In this document: positions 31,300-41,219 of the stretch, in pieces
How positions within the stretch are numbered: position 1 is the stretch's first letter
How the letters are laid out: each line of letters starts with the position of its first letter
Source: Candidatus Dormiibacterota bacterium
GTDB lineage: Bacteria; Chloroflexota; Dormibacteria; Aeolococcales; Aeolococcaceae
Reading direction: 5' to 3'
Assembly (NCBI GenBank): GCA_036378495.1
Contig: DASUWI010000129.1
Location: forward strand, 1,172 to 65,171
DNA: 64,000 nucleotides
Notes under the pieces: generated by a model
What the model was told of the DNA's origin: nothing
Databases searched by the model: none
The model's input: the letters and a program-made list of their open reading frames with translations, nothing else
Translations under genes and position numbers: made by a program

Positions 31300-32445
31300 T
31301 CACTCAGCCGGTGGCGCCGCGTCGACGGCGATGCGCGGCACCTGCGCCGACACCCCGCAGAGCAGCTCATGGGGAATGGTTCCCACGAGCTCCGCCACCA
31401 GGTCGGCGCCCTGCCGCACCGACCCCCGCACGCCGAACACCATGGCGGGCTCACCCCGGCCGACGCCGCGCACATCGCTGACGTCGACGGTCACCTGGTC
31501 CATGTTCACGATGCCGGCGATCGGACATCGGTGCCCGGCGATCACGAGTGTGCCGCGGTTGGACAGGCTTCGCGGCACGCCCTGCCCGTAGCCGATCGCG
31601 ACGGTGGCGATGCGGCGCGCGGCGGGGGCCGTCCAGGTGCGTCCGTAGCCGACCGTCTCCCCGGCGGCGACCGTCTTCACCTGCGACACACGCGCGAACA
31701 GGCTCATGGCCGGCCGCAACCCGGGAGCAGCGGTGAGATCAACGGGCAGGTAGCCGTACAGCGCGATGCCGAGGCGCACCAGGTCGTGGTGCATCTCGGG
31801 GAAGCCCAGGATTGCTGCGCTGCCACAGGCGTGCAGCAGCGCTCGGGGAGTGACCGGGTGGAGCTGATCGGCGGCGGACAGGAACCGTTCGTGCTGCTCG
31901 CGCGTGTAGTCGGGGTCACGCTCCGGATCGGCGAAATGGGTGAACACGCCCGCCACCTCGACCTCGTCGGCGGCAGCACCCAGCGACGTGCTCAGCGCGC
32001 GGAGGGATTCAGGACGCGCCCCGAGGCGCCCAAGCCCGCTGTCGATCTTCACGTGCACGCGCGCCCGCGCGCGCAGCGCCACGGCCGTCGTTCGCACGGC
32101 GTCGACACCGGCGGCGTCGAGCACGGTGACATCGACGTCGCGGGTGATCATGTCCGCCAGCGAGGGCGGCGGGCTCCAGCCCACCACGAGCAGCCGCGTC
32201 TCGATTCCCGCGTCGCGCAGCGCCAGCGCCTCGCCGGGCGTGTACACACCGAGCCAGGTGGCGCCTCCCGCGATCGCCGCGCGGGCCGCGGTGACGGCGC
32301 CGTGCCCGTATCCGTCCGACTTCACCATCGCCATCAGCTGCACAGACGGCTGGAGCAGCCCCCGGATCAATGCTGCGTTGTGCTGCAGGGCGGCGACGCT
32401 GACCTCGGCCCAGCGCACCAGGGATTCGAGAACCGGCGTGGGCAA
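31300..32445 (-). CDS. alr: Alanine racemase
   Basis: 381 aa, with the PLP-lysine motif AMVKSDGYGHG. Confidence 0.85.
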   Translation of the reverse strand: MPTPVLESLVRWAEVSVAALQHNAALIRGLLQPSVQLMAMVKSDGYGHGAVTAARAAIAGGATWLGVYTPGEALALRDAGIETRLLVVGWSPPPSLADMITRDVDVTVLDAAGVDAVRTTAVALRARARVHVKIDSGLGRLGARPESLRALSTSLGAAADEVEVAGVFTHFADPERDPDYTREQHERFLSAADQLHPVTPRALLHACGSAAILGFPEMHHDLVRLGIALYGYLPVDLTAAPGLRPAMSLFARVSQVKTVAAGETVGYGRTWTAPAARRIATVAIGYGQGVPRSLSNRGTLVIAGHRCPIAGIVNMDQVTVDVSDVRGVGRGEPAMVFGVRGSVRQGADLVAELVGTIPHELLCGVSAQVPRIAVDAAPPAE

Positions 32446-32456
32446 CTCCGTGTCTG

Positions 32457-35129
32457 CTACACCGCGGCCGCCACCGGCGCCCGAGCGGACGCCGGCGCGC
32501 GCGCGCTCATCCGTCGCACCAGCCCGAAGGGCGTCTGCTCGTCCGACTGGCCGAGCGGATTGTCCGCGACCACGGCGATGACGTCCTCGTGGCGAACATC
32601 GCCGGCGATGGCGAACACGTCGGCGGCGAGGTCACTCGCGTCGATGACGGCAACCGCCACGCGGCAGCCGGTGTGATCGCGGACGGCCGCCGCAATGCGC
32701 TCGGCCGCCGCCTGCGGGTCGACCGGCGCCTTGGTGGCCCACCGGTCGTACGGCGGGAGGTTGAGCGCCGATGGGCCGTCGATCGCGTTGACGCCGGCGC
32801 CGGCGACGCGGTAGAAGACGCCGCGGACGCCGAACGGACGCGTCACCGCGGCCGCGGCCGCCGCCATCAGGATGCGGGGCGCGCCGGCCTCGTCGAGCGC
32901 CAGCTGCATGGTTGTGGGATGGGCGAGCCCCACGCCCGTGGGCAGCCGGCTGACGAAGCGGCTCAGCGCGCGCGCCAGCGGCGTGGTGCGGATGTCCTCC
33001 ACCGGGTAGGAACGTCCCTGGCTGATGGCCAGCGCCTTCTCGCTCACGAGGATCACGTCGCCGTCGCGCACGGTGACCCCGTCGCCGGCCAGCGCGTCGA
33101 GCGATCGCTCGATCGCTGCAACGATGTCGCTGCCCGGCTGCAGGAGCTCCGACCGCAGCGGCACGCGCCCCCACACGGTGTCGCCGTCCTCGATGAACAC
33201 ATGCCGCGCCCAGTTGGTGCGGCCGGCCGCGACGAGAGCCGCGCCGCCGTCGAGCGTCGCGGCCACGGCGTCATCGGCGCGACGCACGAACCCGTAGCGA
33301 TCGCTGCGCTCGTCCAACGCCATCGTCGGCGAGTCGATGTACAGCCGCATCCACACCTCGGCGTTGACCGCGCGCCAGAAGAACATCGACTCCTCCACCT
33401 CGCCGCGGCACGCGAGCGCGAAGCGCCGCGCGATCTCGTCGGCCTTCCAGTACGGGCGGCGGCGGAACGCGGGGGAGCGCATCAGGCTCTGCAGCGCGGC
33501 GCGCTCGCGGCGGTACCAGCGAAACTCCGGCGTGGTGAAGCCGATCTTCTTGCGGCGCCGCTCCACCTCCTCGGGAAGCAGGCCGTGCAGGCCGCGCCGC
33601 ACGATGGCGCGAGTCCAGCCGTTGTCGATGATCGACGACGCCGGCAGACGGAGGACGTGCTCCACCAGCTCCTGATCGAGAAACGGCAGGCGCGCCTCGA
33701 GCGAGTGCGCCATGGACGCACGGTCCTCGTAGCGCAGCAGCGGCGGCAGGCTGTAGGTGACGAAGTCCTGCAGCAGCCGCAGCTTGAGGTTGTCGGCCAC
33801 GCGGTCGTCGTGCGGCGGTGCATGACGGTCCACGAACTCGGGGCGGAGCATCTCGGCGGTGTCGTTGTGGTGACGACGATCCCACAGACGGCGTCGCGCC
33901 AGGGGCCACACGATGTCGCGCAGCAACCACGCCTCGCGCGCGAACTTCGCGTACCGCCGCTCGCGCAGCAGCTGCCGCAGCAACACATAGGGATAGTGGT
34001 CGTACCCGGCCAGCAGCTCGTCGCCCGCCTGCCCGTCGAGCACTACTTTCACCTGCCGCCGCGCCAGCCGCATCACCATCCACATGGCGAACGGCGCCGA
34101 CGACACCATCGGCTCCTCCATGTGCCACACCCACGGCTCCATCTCGCGGATGAAGTCGCGCTCGGTGGGTTCCACCACGCTGCTGTCGGCGCCGGTGACG
34201 TCGAGCACGGTCTTGATGTACGCGCTCTCATCGATCGGGTCGCCGGGGAAGAACGCGGAGAATGTCTTGAGCCGGTCGCCCATGGATTCCGCGTCGCGCA
34301 CGTGCTCGCGCAGCTGCTGGGCCATCACGGTGCAGATGGACGAGGAGTCGAGCCCGCCGCTGAGGCAGATGCCCACCGGCACGTCGGCGACCAGCCGCCG
34401 CTGCACCGCCCGCTCGAACACCTCGCGGAACGCCGCGGGCGAGGGATCGCCGTCCTCGCTGATGCGCGGGATCCAGTACTTCGTCTCGGTGACGCCGTCG
34501 CCGTCGATGACCGCATGCGCCGCCGCCGGAACCTGCCGCACACCGTTGAAGAACGTGGCGTCGTTGTGGTCGAAGAGGCCATAGCGCAGGTACTCGTACA
34601 TCTGCTGCTCGTCGATGGCGCGGGGAAACGTGGGGTGCTGCAGCAGCGCCTTGATCTCCGAGCCGAAGAGCACGCGGTCGTCGTGCGTGGCGTAGAACAG
34701 CGGCTTGATGCCGAAGTGGTCGCGGGCCAGCACCAGCCTCGGTGACGAGGCTCTCATGTCGAGAATCGCCACCGCCCACATCCCGTTGAAGCGGCGAAAA
34801 CAGTCGACACCCCACTCTGCGTACGCGTGCAGCACCACCTCGGCGTCGCACGTGGTGCGAAACTCGTGCCCGGCGGCCGCAAGCTCAGCGCGAAGCTCGC
34901 GGAAGTTGTACACCTCGCCGTTGTAGACGATGTGCAGGCGATCGTCCGCCATCGACATCGGCTGGTGCCCGTGCGCGAGGTCGATGATGCTCAGGCGGCG
35001 GAAGCCCAGCGATGCGACATCGTCTTCGAAGTAGCCGACGTCGTCGGGACCGCGATGATGCAGCGACTCCGTCATCGCCTCGAGCAGCCGGCGATCCGGC
35101 CGTCCCCAAAAACCCGTGATGCCGCACAT
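32457..35129 (-). CDS. asnB: Asparagine synthetase (glutamine-hydrolysing) fused to a C-terminal CofE-like (F420-0:gamma-glutamyl ligase-like) domain
   Basis: Starts MCGITGFW, giving the N-terminal nucleophile Cys2 of class-II amidotransferases. The AsnB synthetase domain has a PP-loop (SGGLDSS). After ~610 aa a further ~280 aa follow in the same frame without a stop. That segment (DGDVILVSEKALAISQGR…VAVAVIDASDL…) resembles the CofE/F420-ligase fold. Confidence 0.7.
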   Translation of the reverse strand: MCGITGFWGRPDRRLLEAMTESLHHRGPDDVGYFEDDVASLGFRRLSIIDLAHGHQPMSMADDRLHIVYNGEVYNFRELRAELAAAGHEFRTTCDAEVVLHAYAEWGVDCFRRFNGMWAVAILDMRASSPRLVLARDHFGIKPLFYATHDDRVLFGSEIKALLQHPTFPRAIDEQQMYEYLRYGLFDHNDATFFNGVRQVPAAAHAVIDGDGVTETKYWIPRISEDGDPSPAAFREVFERAVQRRLVADVPVGICLSGGLDSSSICTVMAQQLREHVRDAESMGDRLKTFSAFFPGDPIDESAYIKTVLDVTGADSSVVEPTERDFIREMEPWVWHMEEPMVSSAPFAMWMVMRLARRQVKVVLDGQAGDELLAGYDHYPYVLLRQLLRERRYAKFAREAWLLRDIVWPLARRRLWDRRHHNDTAEMLRPEFVDRHAPPHDDRVADNLKLRLLQDFVTYSLPPLLRYEDRASMAHSLEARLPFLDQELVEHVLRLPASSIIDNGWTRAIVRRGLHGLLPEEVERRRKKIGFTTPEFRWYRRERAALQSLMRSPAFRRRPYWKADEIARRFALACRGEVEESMFFWRAVNAEVWMRLYIDSPTMALDERSDRYGFVRRADDAVAATLDGGAALVAAGRTNWARHVFIEDGDTVWGRVPLRSELLQPGSDIVAAIERSLDALAGDGVTVRDGDVILVSEKALAISQGRSYPVEDIRTTPLARALSRFVSRLPTGVGLAHPTTMQLALDEAGAPRILMAAAAAAVTRPFGVRGVFYRVAGAGVNAIDGPSALNLPPYDRWATKAPVDPQAAAERIAAAVRDHTGCRVAVAVIDASDLAADVFAIAGDVRHEDVIAVVADNPLGQSDEQTPFGLVRRMSARAPASARAPVAAAV

Positions 35130-35146
35130 GAATCGTCGCCAGTGTA

Positions 35147-36742
35147 TCAGCGGGTCGCGCTTGTCAGCGACGTGATCACAGTGCCCTGGCGCACGAAGAT
35201 GTCGGCGACGTCGTCGCGGTACGCGAGTCGCCAGTGCCCCGACTCCTGCAGCACCGCATCCAGCGGTTTGCCTGCGGCGAACACTACATAGTCGACGTGG
35301 TAGCCGTCGAGCACCTGCTCCCAATCACTCTTCACCTGGTTGACGTCGGCGTAGTCGGCAAGCAGCCGATCGCCCATCAGCTCGGCCTCTCCGTAGATGA
35401 ACACCCGGCGATTGGGATTGGGATAGAAACGGTCGGCGAGATAGCCACCCCAGTCGTACTGGTTGAACGCGCGCGTGCCGACGCTCGGGTTGGCGGCCAG
35501 CCAGTTGGCTGCGGCCACGGGAAAGTTGGCTTCGGTGGACGCGGTCTGGCCGCGCAGCGTCAGCCCCGCGATACCCATCCCGCCCACCGCGACGACGCTC
35601 GCCAACAGGCCCGTGGCGAAGGTGACGTCGCGTGCGGTCAGGCTGCGCAGCCGTGGTGCGAAGCGGTCGCGCACGGCCCACCAGGCGGTGCTCCACTGCC
35701 ACGCCACCACCGGCGTGGCCACGACCGCGAAGACGATGGTGAAGCGCACCGAGCGCAACGCGAGCGCAGCGGCTGCGATGACCAGCAGCGTGTCGAAGAG
35801 CCGTGGGCGGCGCATCGCGAAGCCCACGAGCAGCACCACCAGCATGAGCAGGAAGCCCAGCAGCTTGATGTCGTGGAAGTCGGGCGACTGCCACTCGGCG
35901 ATGAACGACGGCTGCTCCGGGCTGAAGAGGGTCCGCCACACGTATACAAAGAGCGATGGCCCCCATGGAGTGATGAAGCTGGCCACGACGCAGCCCGCGG
36001 TGACCAGCGCCGTGCGCCCCAGCAGCGCGCGCTCCGGTGCGGCTCGTCCGTGGGCGATCCACTGCAGGCCGAGCGTGCCCATCAGCACGGCGAGGACGAG
36101 CAGACCCACGAGGAATCCACCGTGCAGGTTGGCCCAGAGCAGGACCACGGCGGGCATGAACCAGAGCACGCGCCTGTGTCCCGCCAGGAAGCGCTCGATG
36201 ATCAAAAGCTCCAATGCGATGAACAGGAAGTCGAACATCTGGGGCGCGGCGCTCCACATGAAGAAGCCGGCCGCGGCGCCGAGGATCATCGACGCGCCGG
36301 CGACCACCGGATCGGCGCCGCCGGCGCTGCGGATGCGCGCCAGCACCAGCCAGAACCCGGCGAAGACCACCAACGCGAAGAACACGCTCACCGCGAGCAG
36401 GCCGCCGGCACGCGTCAGCGCGTAAAAGATGACCTGCGACCCGTACTCGTGATCGGTCCAGGGTGTGCCGGCGACCGTGTAGGTGTAGAGGTCGCTGCGC
36501 ACCAGCGCGCGGTTGTGCACGATGAGCTGCCCGGTGAGCGTGTGCCACCAGTAGTCGGGCGTGCCCACCCGTCGCGTGATGAACGGCAGGGTTCCCAGCG
36601 TCAGCAGCGCAGCCGCCCACCATCGCGGCGACGGCGTGCTCTGTGCCGCCCCGGGCGCGATTAGCCGGATCTCACCGGCCGCCCCGCGCGAGGCGCTGCC
36701 CGGAAGCATGGGCGCCCATGCTAGTCCAGCGACCGGGAGCAA
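35147..36742 (-). CDS. Polytopic integral membrane protein (possible GT-C-type glycosyltransferase-like)
   Basis: 531 aa with at least 10 predicted hydrophobic helices. No precise family recognised. Confidence 0.45.
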   Translation of the reverse strand: MLPVAGLAWAPMLPGSASRGAAGEIRLIAPGAAQSTPSPRWWAAALLTLGTLPFITRRVGTPDYWWHTLTGQLIVHNRALVRSDLYTYTVAGTPWTDHEYGSQVIFYALTRAGGLLAVSVFFALVVFAGFWLVLARIRSAGGADPVVAGASMILGAAAGFFMWSAAPQMFDFLFIALELLIIERFLAGHRRVLWFMPAVVLLWANLHGGFLVGLLVLAVLMGTLGLQWIAHGRAAPERALLGRTALVTAGCVVASFITPWGPSLFVYVWRTLFSPEQPSFIAEWQSPDFHDIKLLGFLLMLVVLLVGFAMRRPRLFDTLLVIAAAALALRSVRFTIVFAVVATPVVAWQWSTAWWAVRDRFAPRLRSLTARDVTFATGLLASVVAVGGMGIAGLTLRGQTASTEANFPVAAANWLAANPSVGTRAFNQYDWGGYLADRFYPNPNRRVFIYGEAELMGDRLLADYADVNQVKSDWEQVLDGYHVDYVVFAAGKPLDAVLQESGHWRLAYRDDVADIFVRQGTVITSLTSATR

Positions 36743-36757
36743 ACCCGGCGGCGGCGC

Positions 36758-37402
36758 CTAGCAGGCAGCCTCTCGCTCGTCCAGGAATGCCCACCATGCG
36801 TCGGCAGCGGCGCGGGCCCCGCTACGCACCGCATCGGGTGTGGCGCCCAGCGCCGCCAGCGCCTCCAGCGCCCAGCGCGCGTGCTCGACGTCGGCGGTGG
36901 CGTGCACCGTCCAGAACTCGACGGCCTCGCCGCCCATCGCATAGTGCGTCTTCAGTCCGGCGGCCTTCGATTCCGCGATCTCGGACGCCTGTGCCTCGTA
37001 GGCGAGCACGGCGGCCAGCCCGCGCTGCGGGCTCTCGTCGACCAGAGCGCGGTAGGTCGAGATCAGGTTGACCGTGGCGGTGCTCGGCGCCGCCTCACGA
37101 TCGGCGGCGAGCTCGTCCGCAAATCGCTCGAAGAGATCGAGGTGGGCGGTGCCTGTGACTCCGAGCTCGTCGTCGAGGTTGCGCTGCACCATGGTCTGCA
37201 CGCCGCCGTCCCCGGCGCGGTCACGGATGCGACCCAGCGCGCCGGGCAGCTCCGCCTCGAAGAAGCGGTACTGCTCTGCGTACGCGCGGAGGTCGCTCAC
37301 ACTGAGCTCACCGCGGCACCAGCGCTGATAGAACGGGTGCGTCAGCAGCCGGCGATCCGTCAGCGCTGTTTCAAGAGCCGCGTGCAGTTGCAGGTTGCTC
37401 AC
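36758..37402 (-). CDS. TenA/PqqC-like heme-oxygenase-fold protein
   Basis: 214 aa. The HPFYQRWCRGELS…LRAYAEQYRFF…P pattern is characteristic of the PqqC/TenA_C superfamily. Confidence 0.5.
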   Translation of the reverse strand: MSNLQLHAALETALTDRRLLTHPFYQRWCRGELSVSDLRAYAEQYRFFEAELPGALGRIRDRAGDGGVQTMVQRNLDDELGVTGTAHLDLFERFADELAADREAAPSTATVNLISTYRALVDESPQRGLAAVLAYEAQASEIAESKAAGLKTHYAMGGEAVEFWTVHATADVEHARWALEALAALGATPDAVRSGARAAADAWWAFLDEREAAC

Positions 37403-37438
37403 GTGGTGTCTCCCCTAAGTGATCCATATGGTCGGCAG

Positions 37439-39082
37439 CTAGAAGTCCATATCGTCGTCCATGCCGCCCATTCCGCCGTGGGAATGGCCGCCGGCCGCCG
37501 CCTCTTCCTTCTCGGGCGCCTCCGCAACAAGGGCTTCCGTCGTCAGCACGATGCTCGAGATCGACGTCGCGTTGGTCAGGGCCGACACCACCACCTTGGT
37601 GGGATCGATCACACCTCTGGCAGGCAGGTCTCCGTACGTCTCCGACACAGCGTCGAACCCGTCGTTGCCCTCCGCCGCGCGCACGCGCTCGACGACAACG
37701 CCGCCCTCGCGGCCGGCGTTGACCGCGATCACGCGCAACGGCTCCGCAAGCGCCCGGGCGACGATCTGCGCTCCCACCTTTTCGTCGCCGCTGAGCGCCA
37801 GCGCCTCAACCGCGGGGATGGCGCGGATGAAGGCGACGCCACCACCCACGACGACACCCTCCTCGATCGCGGCGCGGGTGGCTGAGAGCGCGTCCTCGAC
37901 GCGCGCCTTGCGCTCCTTCATCGCCGTCTCGGTGGCAGCGCCCACCTTGACCACGGCGACGCCACCGGTCAGACGGGCGAGCCGCTCCTGCAGCTTCTCC
38001 TTCTCCCATTCAGAGGTGGTCTCGGCGATCTGCATGCGGAGCTCTTCGCACCGCCCGGTGATGGCCTCGCGCGCGCCGCCGCCGCCCACGATGGTCGTGT
38101 TCTCCTTGGTGACCGTCACGCGCCGGGCGGTGCCCAGCTGATCCTCGCGAATGGCATCGAGCCGCTGGCCCGTCTTCTCGGTGATGAGCTGCCCGCCGGT
38201 GAGCACCGCGAGATCCTCCAGCTGTGCCTCGCGACGGTCGCCATAGGCCGGCGCCTTCACTGCCACTGCGCTCACCGTGCCCCGCAGCCGGTTGACCACC
38301 AGCGTCGCGAGCGCCTCCGCCTGGACATCCTCGGCGATGATCAGGAGGGGACGGCCCAGACGCATCACCAGCTCCAGCGCCGGGAGCAGGTCCGCGACCG
38401 CGCTGATCTTGGCATCCGTGACCAGAACTCGCGCGTCGTCGATCACCGCCTCCATGTTCTGCTGGTCGGTGACCAGATACGCGGAGACATAGCCGCGGTC
38501 GATCTGCATGCCCTCGACCACCTCGACCTCGGTTTCGAGCCCGCTGCCCTCCTCCACCGAGACCACACCCTCGCGCCCCACTTTGTCGAAGGCGTCGGAG
38601 ATCATGCGGCCGATCTCCTCGTCACCGGAGCTGATCGTGGCCACGCGTCGCACGTCGTCGTTTCCGCTCACCGGGTGCGAGCGATCGCGAATGTCGGCAA
38701 CCGCGGCGTCCATCGCCGCGAGCATGCCCGTGCGAAGCGCCATCGGCCCTGCCCCTGCAGCGAGGTTCTGCAGACCCGCGGCGATCATCGAGCGGGCCAG
38801 CACCGTCGCGGTGGTGGTGCCGTCGCCGGCGACGTCGTTGGTCTTGATCGCCGCTTCCTTGAGCAGCTGCGCGCCCATGTTCTCGAAGTGATCCTTGAAC
38901 TCGAGGTCGCGCGCGATGGTGACGCCGTCGCTGGTGACCAGCGGCGTGCCGAACTTCTTGTCCAGCACGACCGACCGCCCGCGCGGACCAAGCGTCACCG
39001 ACACCGCCCGGGCGACCGCGTCGGCACCGTGCTTCAGCGCGGCGCGCGCCTCCTCATCGAAGCGAAGCTCCTTCGCGGGCAT
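37439..39082 (-). CDS. groEL: Chaperonin GroEL (60 kDa)
   Basis: 547 aa. Canonical GroEL sequence with a C-terminal GGM-type tail (GGMGGMDDDMDF). Confidence 0.95.
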   Translation of the reverse strand: MPAKELRFDEEARAALKHGADAVARAVSVTLGPRGRSVVLDKKFGTPLVTSDGVTIARDLEFKDHFENMGAQLLKEAAIKTNDVAGDGTTTATVLARSMIAAGLQNLAAGAGPMALRTGMLAAMDAAVADIRDRSHPVSGNDDVRRVATISSGDEEIGRMISDAFDKVGREGVVSVEEGSGLETEVEVVEGMQIDRGYVSAYLVTDQQNMEAVIDDARVLVTDAKISAVADLLPALELVMRLGRPLLIIAEDVQAEALATLVVNRLRGTVSAVAVKAPAYGDRREAQLEDLAVLTGGQLITEKTGQRLDAIREDQLGTARRVTVTKENTTIVGGGGAREAITGRCEELRMQIAETTSEWEKEKLQERLARLTGGVAVVKVGAATETAMKERKARVEDALSATRAAIEEGVVVGGGVAFIRAIPAVEALALSGDEKVGAQIVARALAEPLRVIAVNAGREGGVVVERVRAAEGNDGFDAVSETYGDLPARGVIDPTKVVVSALTNATSISSIVLTTEALVAEAPEKEEAAAGGHSHGGMGGMDDDMDF

Positions 39083-39088
39083 CGCCGG

Positions 39089-39412
39089 TCAGCTCTTGCC
39101 GCCGTTCTTCTCGACGATGGCGAGGATGTCCTTCTCGGACAGGATCAGGTATTCGATGTTCTCGATCTTCACCTCGCTGCCGGCGTACTTCGCGTACATC
39201 ACGCGGTCGCCGACCTTGACGTCGAGGTCGACGCGCTTGCCGGTCTGCTCGTTGTACCGGCCGTTGCCCACGGCCTCGACGGTGCCCTCCTGGGGCTTCT
39301 CCGAGACGGTGTCGGGGAGCACGATGCCGCTCTTGGTGACCTCTTCACGCTCGAGCGGTTTGATGACGACGCGATCGGCCAGGGGACGAAGCTGCAGGGC
39401 CACTGCACACAC
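39089..39412 (-). CDS. groES: Co-chaperonin GroES (10 kDa)
   Basis: Mobile-loop and dome motifs ([12 protein letters not shown]…GIVLPDT…). The true start may be the internal GTG (MALQLRPL…). Confidence 0.9.
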   Translation of the reverse strand: MCAVALQLRPLADRVVIKPLEREEVTKSGIVLPDTVSEKPQEGTVEAVGNGRYNEQTGKRVDLDVKVGDRVMYAKYAGSEVKIENIEYLILSEKDILAIVEKNGGKS

Positions 39413-39422
39413 CTCCGGGGAA

Positions 39423-39449
39423 TTAGCACTCGGGATTGCTGAGTGCTAA
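39423..39449. promoter_or_regulatory. CIRCE element (HrcA operator) TTAGCACTC-N9-GAGTGCTAA upstream of groES-groEL
   Basis: Perfect match to the CIRCE consensus inverted repeat, 10-36 bp upstream of the groES start. Confidence 0.9.
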
Positions 39450-39569
39450 CACTCTAACGAATCGACTGCCAGTGCTGCAACATGCGGGGGCTCCGCCTCC
39501 GCATGCCCCCGAAATCCGATCACGAGGTCAGCGGAGTTGACCACCAGGTCAGCAGTTGATCGGGGGTCC

Positions 39570-39590
39570 GCGGGGGGCGGAGCCCCCCGC
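39570..39590 (-). terminator. GC-rich hairpin (GCGGGGGG-cggag-CCCCCCGC) immediately downstream of the tsaD stop; possible intrinsic terminator/attenuator before the groESL promoter
   Basis: Perfect 8-bp G/C stem with a 5-nt loop, 4 nt past the tsaD stop codon. There is no U-tract. Confidence 0.3.
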
Positions 39591-39593
39591 GTG

Positions 39594-40613
39594 TCAGGCG
39601 TACTCCTCGAGGGAGGGGTCGACGGCGATGCCGGGCGCGTCGGGGCCGTGGAGACGCAACCGGTGCCAGCCGGCCGCCGCGATCATCGCGGCGTTGTCGG
39701 TGCACAGGCTCAGCGGCGGCACCACCACGTGCAGGGACGGGAAGCGCTCGCGCACCGCCTCGCGGAGCGCGCCGTTGGCGGCGACCCCGCCCACCACCGC
39801 GATGCGCTCGGCGCCCGTGCGCTCCACCGCCTCCTCGAGCCCGGCCACCAGCTGCGCGATCGCCGCACGCTGGAACGAGGCGGCGAGGTCGGCGACGGTC
39901 CTCGAGTCGCGCGGCAGCCCCGACTCGTCGCGCTCGTCCGCGGGCAGGTCGCGAACCGTGTAGCGCACCGCGGTCTTCAATCCGCTGAAGGAGAACGCGC
40001 CGCTGACACGCGTTACCGGGAGCGGGAAGCGAGCGGCCTCACCGTCGCGTGCGGCGCGTTCGATCGCCGGTCCCCCGGGATAGGGCAGGCCGAGGAGGCG
40101 GCCCACCTTGTCGAACGCCTCGCCCACCGCGTCGTCGCGGGTGCCACCGAGCCGCTCCGCGACACCGTGCTCGTGCAGCAGCACGCACTCGGTGTGGCCG
40201 CCGCTCACCACCAGCGCCAGAAACGGCGGCTCGAACCCGGGCTCGGCGAGCCACGCGCTGTAGACATGCCCGGCGAGATGAGACACGCCGCAGAGCGGCA
40301 GCGCACGCGCCGCGGCGACGCCGTCGGCGTACATCGTGCCGACGAGCAGGCAGCCCACCAGTCCCGGGCCACGGGTCACCGTCATCGAGTCGATGTCGTC
40401 CCAGCCGCCGGGGAGCGGCCGCAGCGCGGCGTCGACGACGGTTGCGATCGACTCCAGATGGGTGCGGGCGGCGAGCTCGGGCACCACGCCGCCATGCGGC
40501 GCGTGCATGGCGATCTGCGACGAGACCACGCTCGACACGATCTCGCGACCATCACGCAGCACCGCAGCCGCGGTCTCGTCGCACGAGGTCTCGATGGCGA
40601 GGAGGTTCAGGCT
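39594..40613 (-). CDS. tsaD: tRNA N6-adenosine threonylcarbamoyltransferase TsaD (Kae1/YgjD)
   Basis: Starts LNLLAIETSCDETAAAV. His-His metal site (HAPHGG). The track ORF (to 40721) overlaps rimI by ~110 nt, so the real start is probably a non-ATG codon near 40610. Confidence 0.85.
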   Translation of the reverse strand, partial: SLNLLAIETSCDETAAAVLRDGREIVSSVVSSQIAMHAPHGGVVPELAARTHLESIATVVDAALRPLPGGWDDIDSMTVTRGPGLVGCLLVGTMYADGVAAARALPLCGVSHLAGHVYSAWLAEPGFEPPFLALVVSGGHTECVLLHEHGVAERLGGTRDDAVGEAFDKVGRLLGLPYPGGPAIERAARDGEAARFPLPVTRVSGAFSFSGLKTAVRYTVRDLPADERDESGLPRDSRTVADLAASFQRAAIAQLVAGLEEAVERTGAERIAVVGGVAANGALREAVRERFPSLHVVVPPLSLCTDNAAMIAAAGWHRLRLHGPDAPGIAVDPSLEEYA

Positions 40614-41161
40614 CCCAGGTACTCCTGGGTTGGACCGCTGCCCAGCCCGTTCACCTCGATGCCGGACAGGATCTCCTGGAAGCGCCGCTTGAACGCAGGC
40701 GCCTGGATGCTGTCGCTCCACATGATCACCGCGTCTTCGCCGTTGTCCGTGTAGTAGCCGCGACGGCGGCCGATGACGGAGAACAGAAAGCGCTCGTAGA
40801 GGCGCATCGCCGGCAGGTTGCTGGCACGCACCTCGAGCGTGATCCAGCGCGCGCCCATCTCGTACGCCCGCTGCACCAGCGCAGCGAACAGCGCGGTGCC
40901 GTAGCCGCGATGCTGATCACTGGCGCGCACACCGATCGTGGTGACGTGCGCCTCGTGCACCATGCGCCAGATGCCCGCATATCCCACGATCACGCCGTTG
41001 TTGCGCAGCACGAGATACGACGCCTGACGGTTCTGCGACAGCTCACTGGCGTATGCATTCCGCGGCCAGGGCGACAGAAAGATCTCGCGTTCGATCTGCT
41101 GAACGGTGCCGATGTCGTCGTATCGCATCGGCTCGATGGCAAGGCGCGGAACTACCTGCAT
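40607..41161 (-). CDS. rimI: Ribosomal-protein-alanine N-acetyltransferase RimI (GNAT)
   Basis: 184 aa GNAT fold with the acetyl-CoA motif (HRGYGTALF). Conserved tsaB-rimI-tsaD gene order. Confidence 0.8.
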   Translation of the reverse strand: MQVVPRLAIEPMRYDDIGTVQQIEREIFLSPWPRNAYASELSQNRQASYLVLRNNGVIVGYAGIWRMVHEAHVTTIGVRASDQHRGYGTALFAALVQRAYEMGARWITLEVRASNLPAMRLYERFLFSVIGRRRGYYTDNGEDAVIMWSDSIQAPAFKRRFQEILSGIEVNGLGSGPTQEYLGA

Positions 41162-41219
41162 GACTATCGCTCGATGGCTTCAGAAACTTCATGATACGCG
41201 CGCCCCGGCGGCCAAACAG

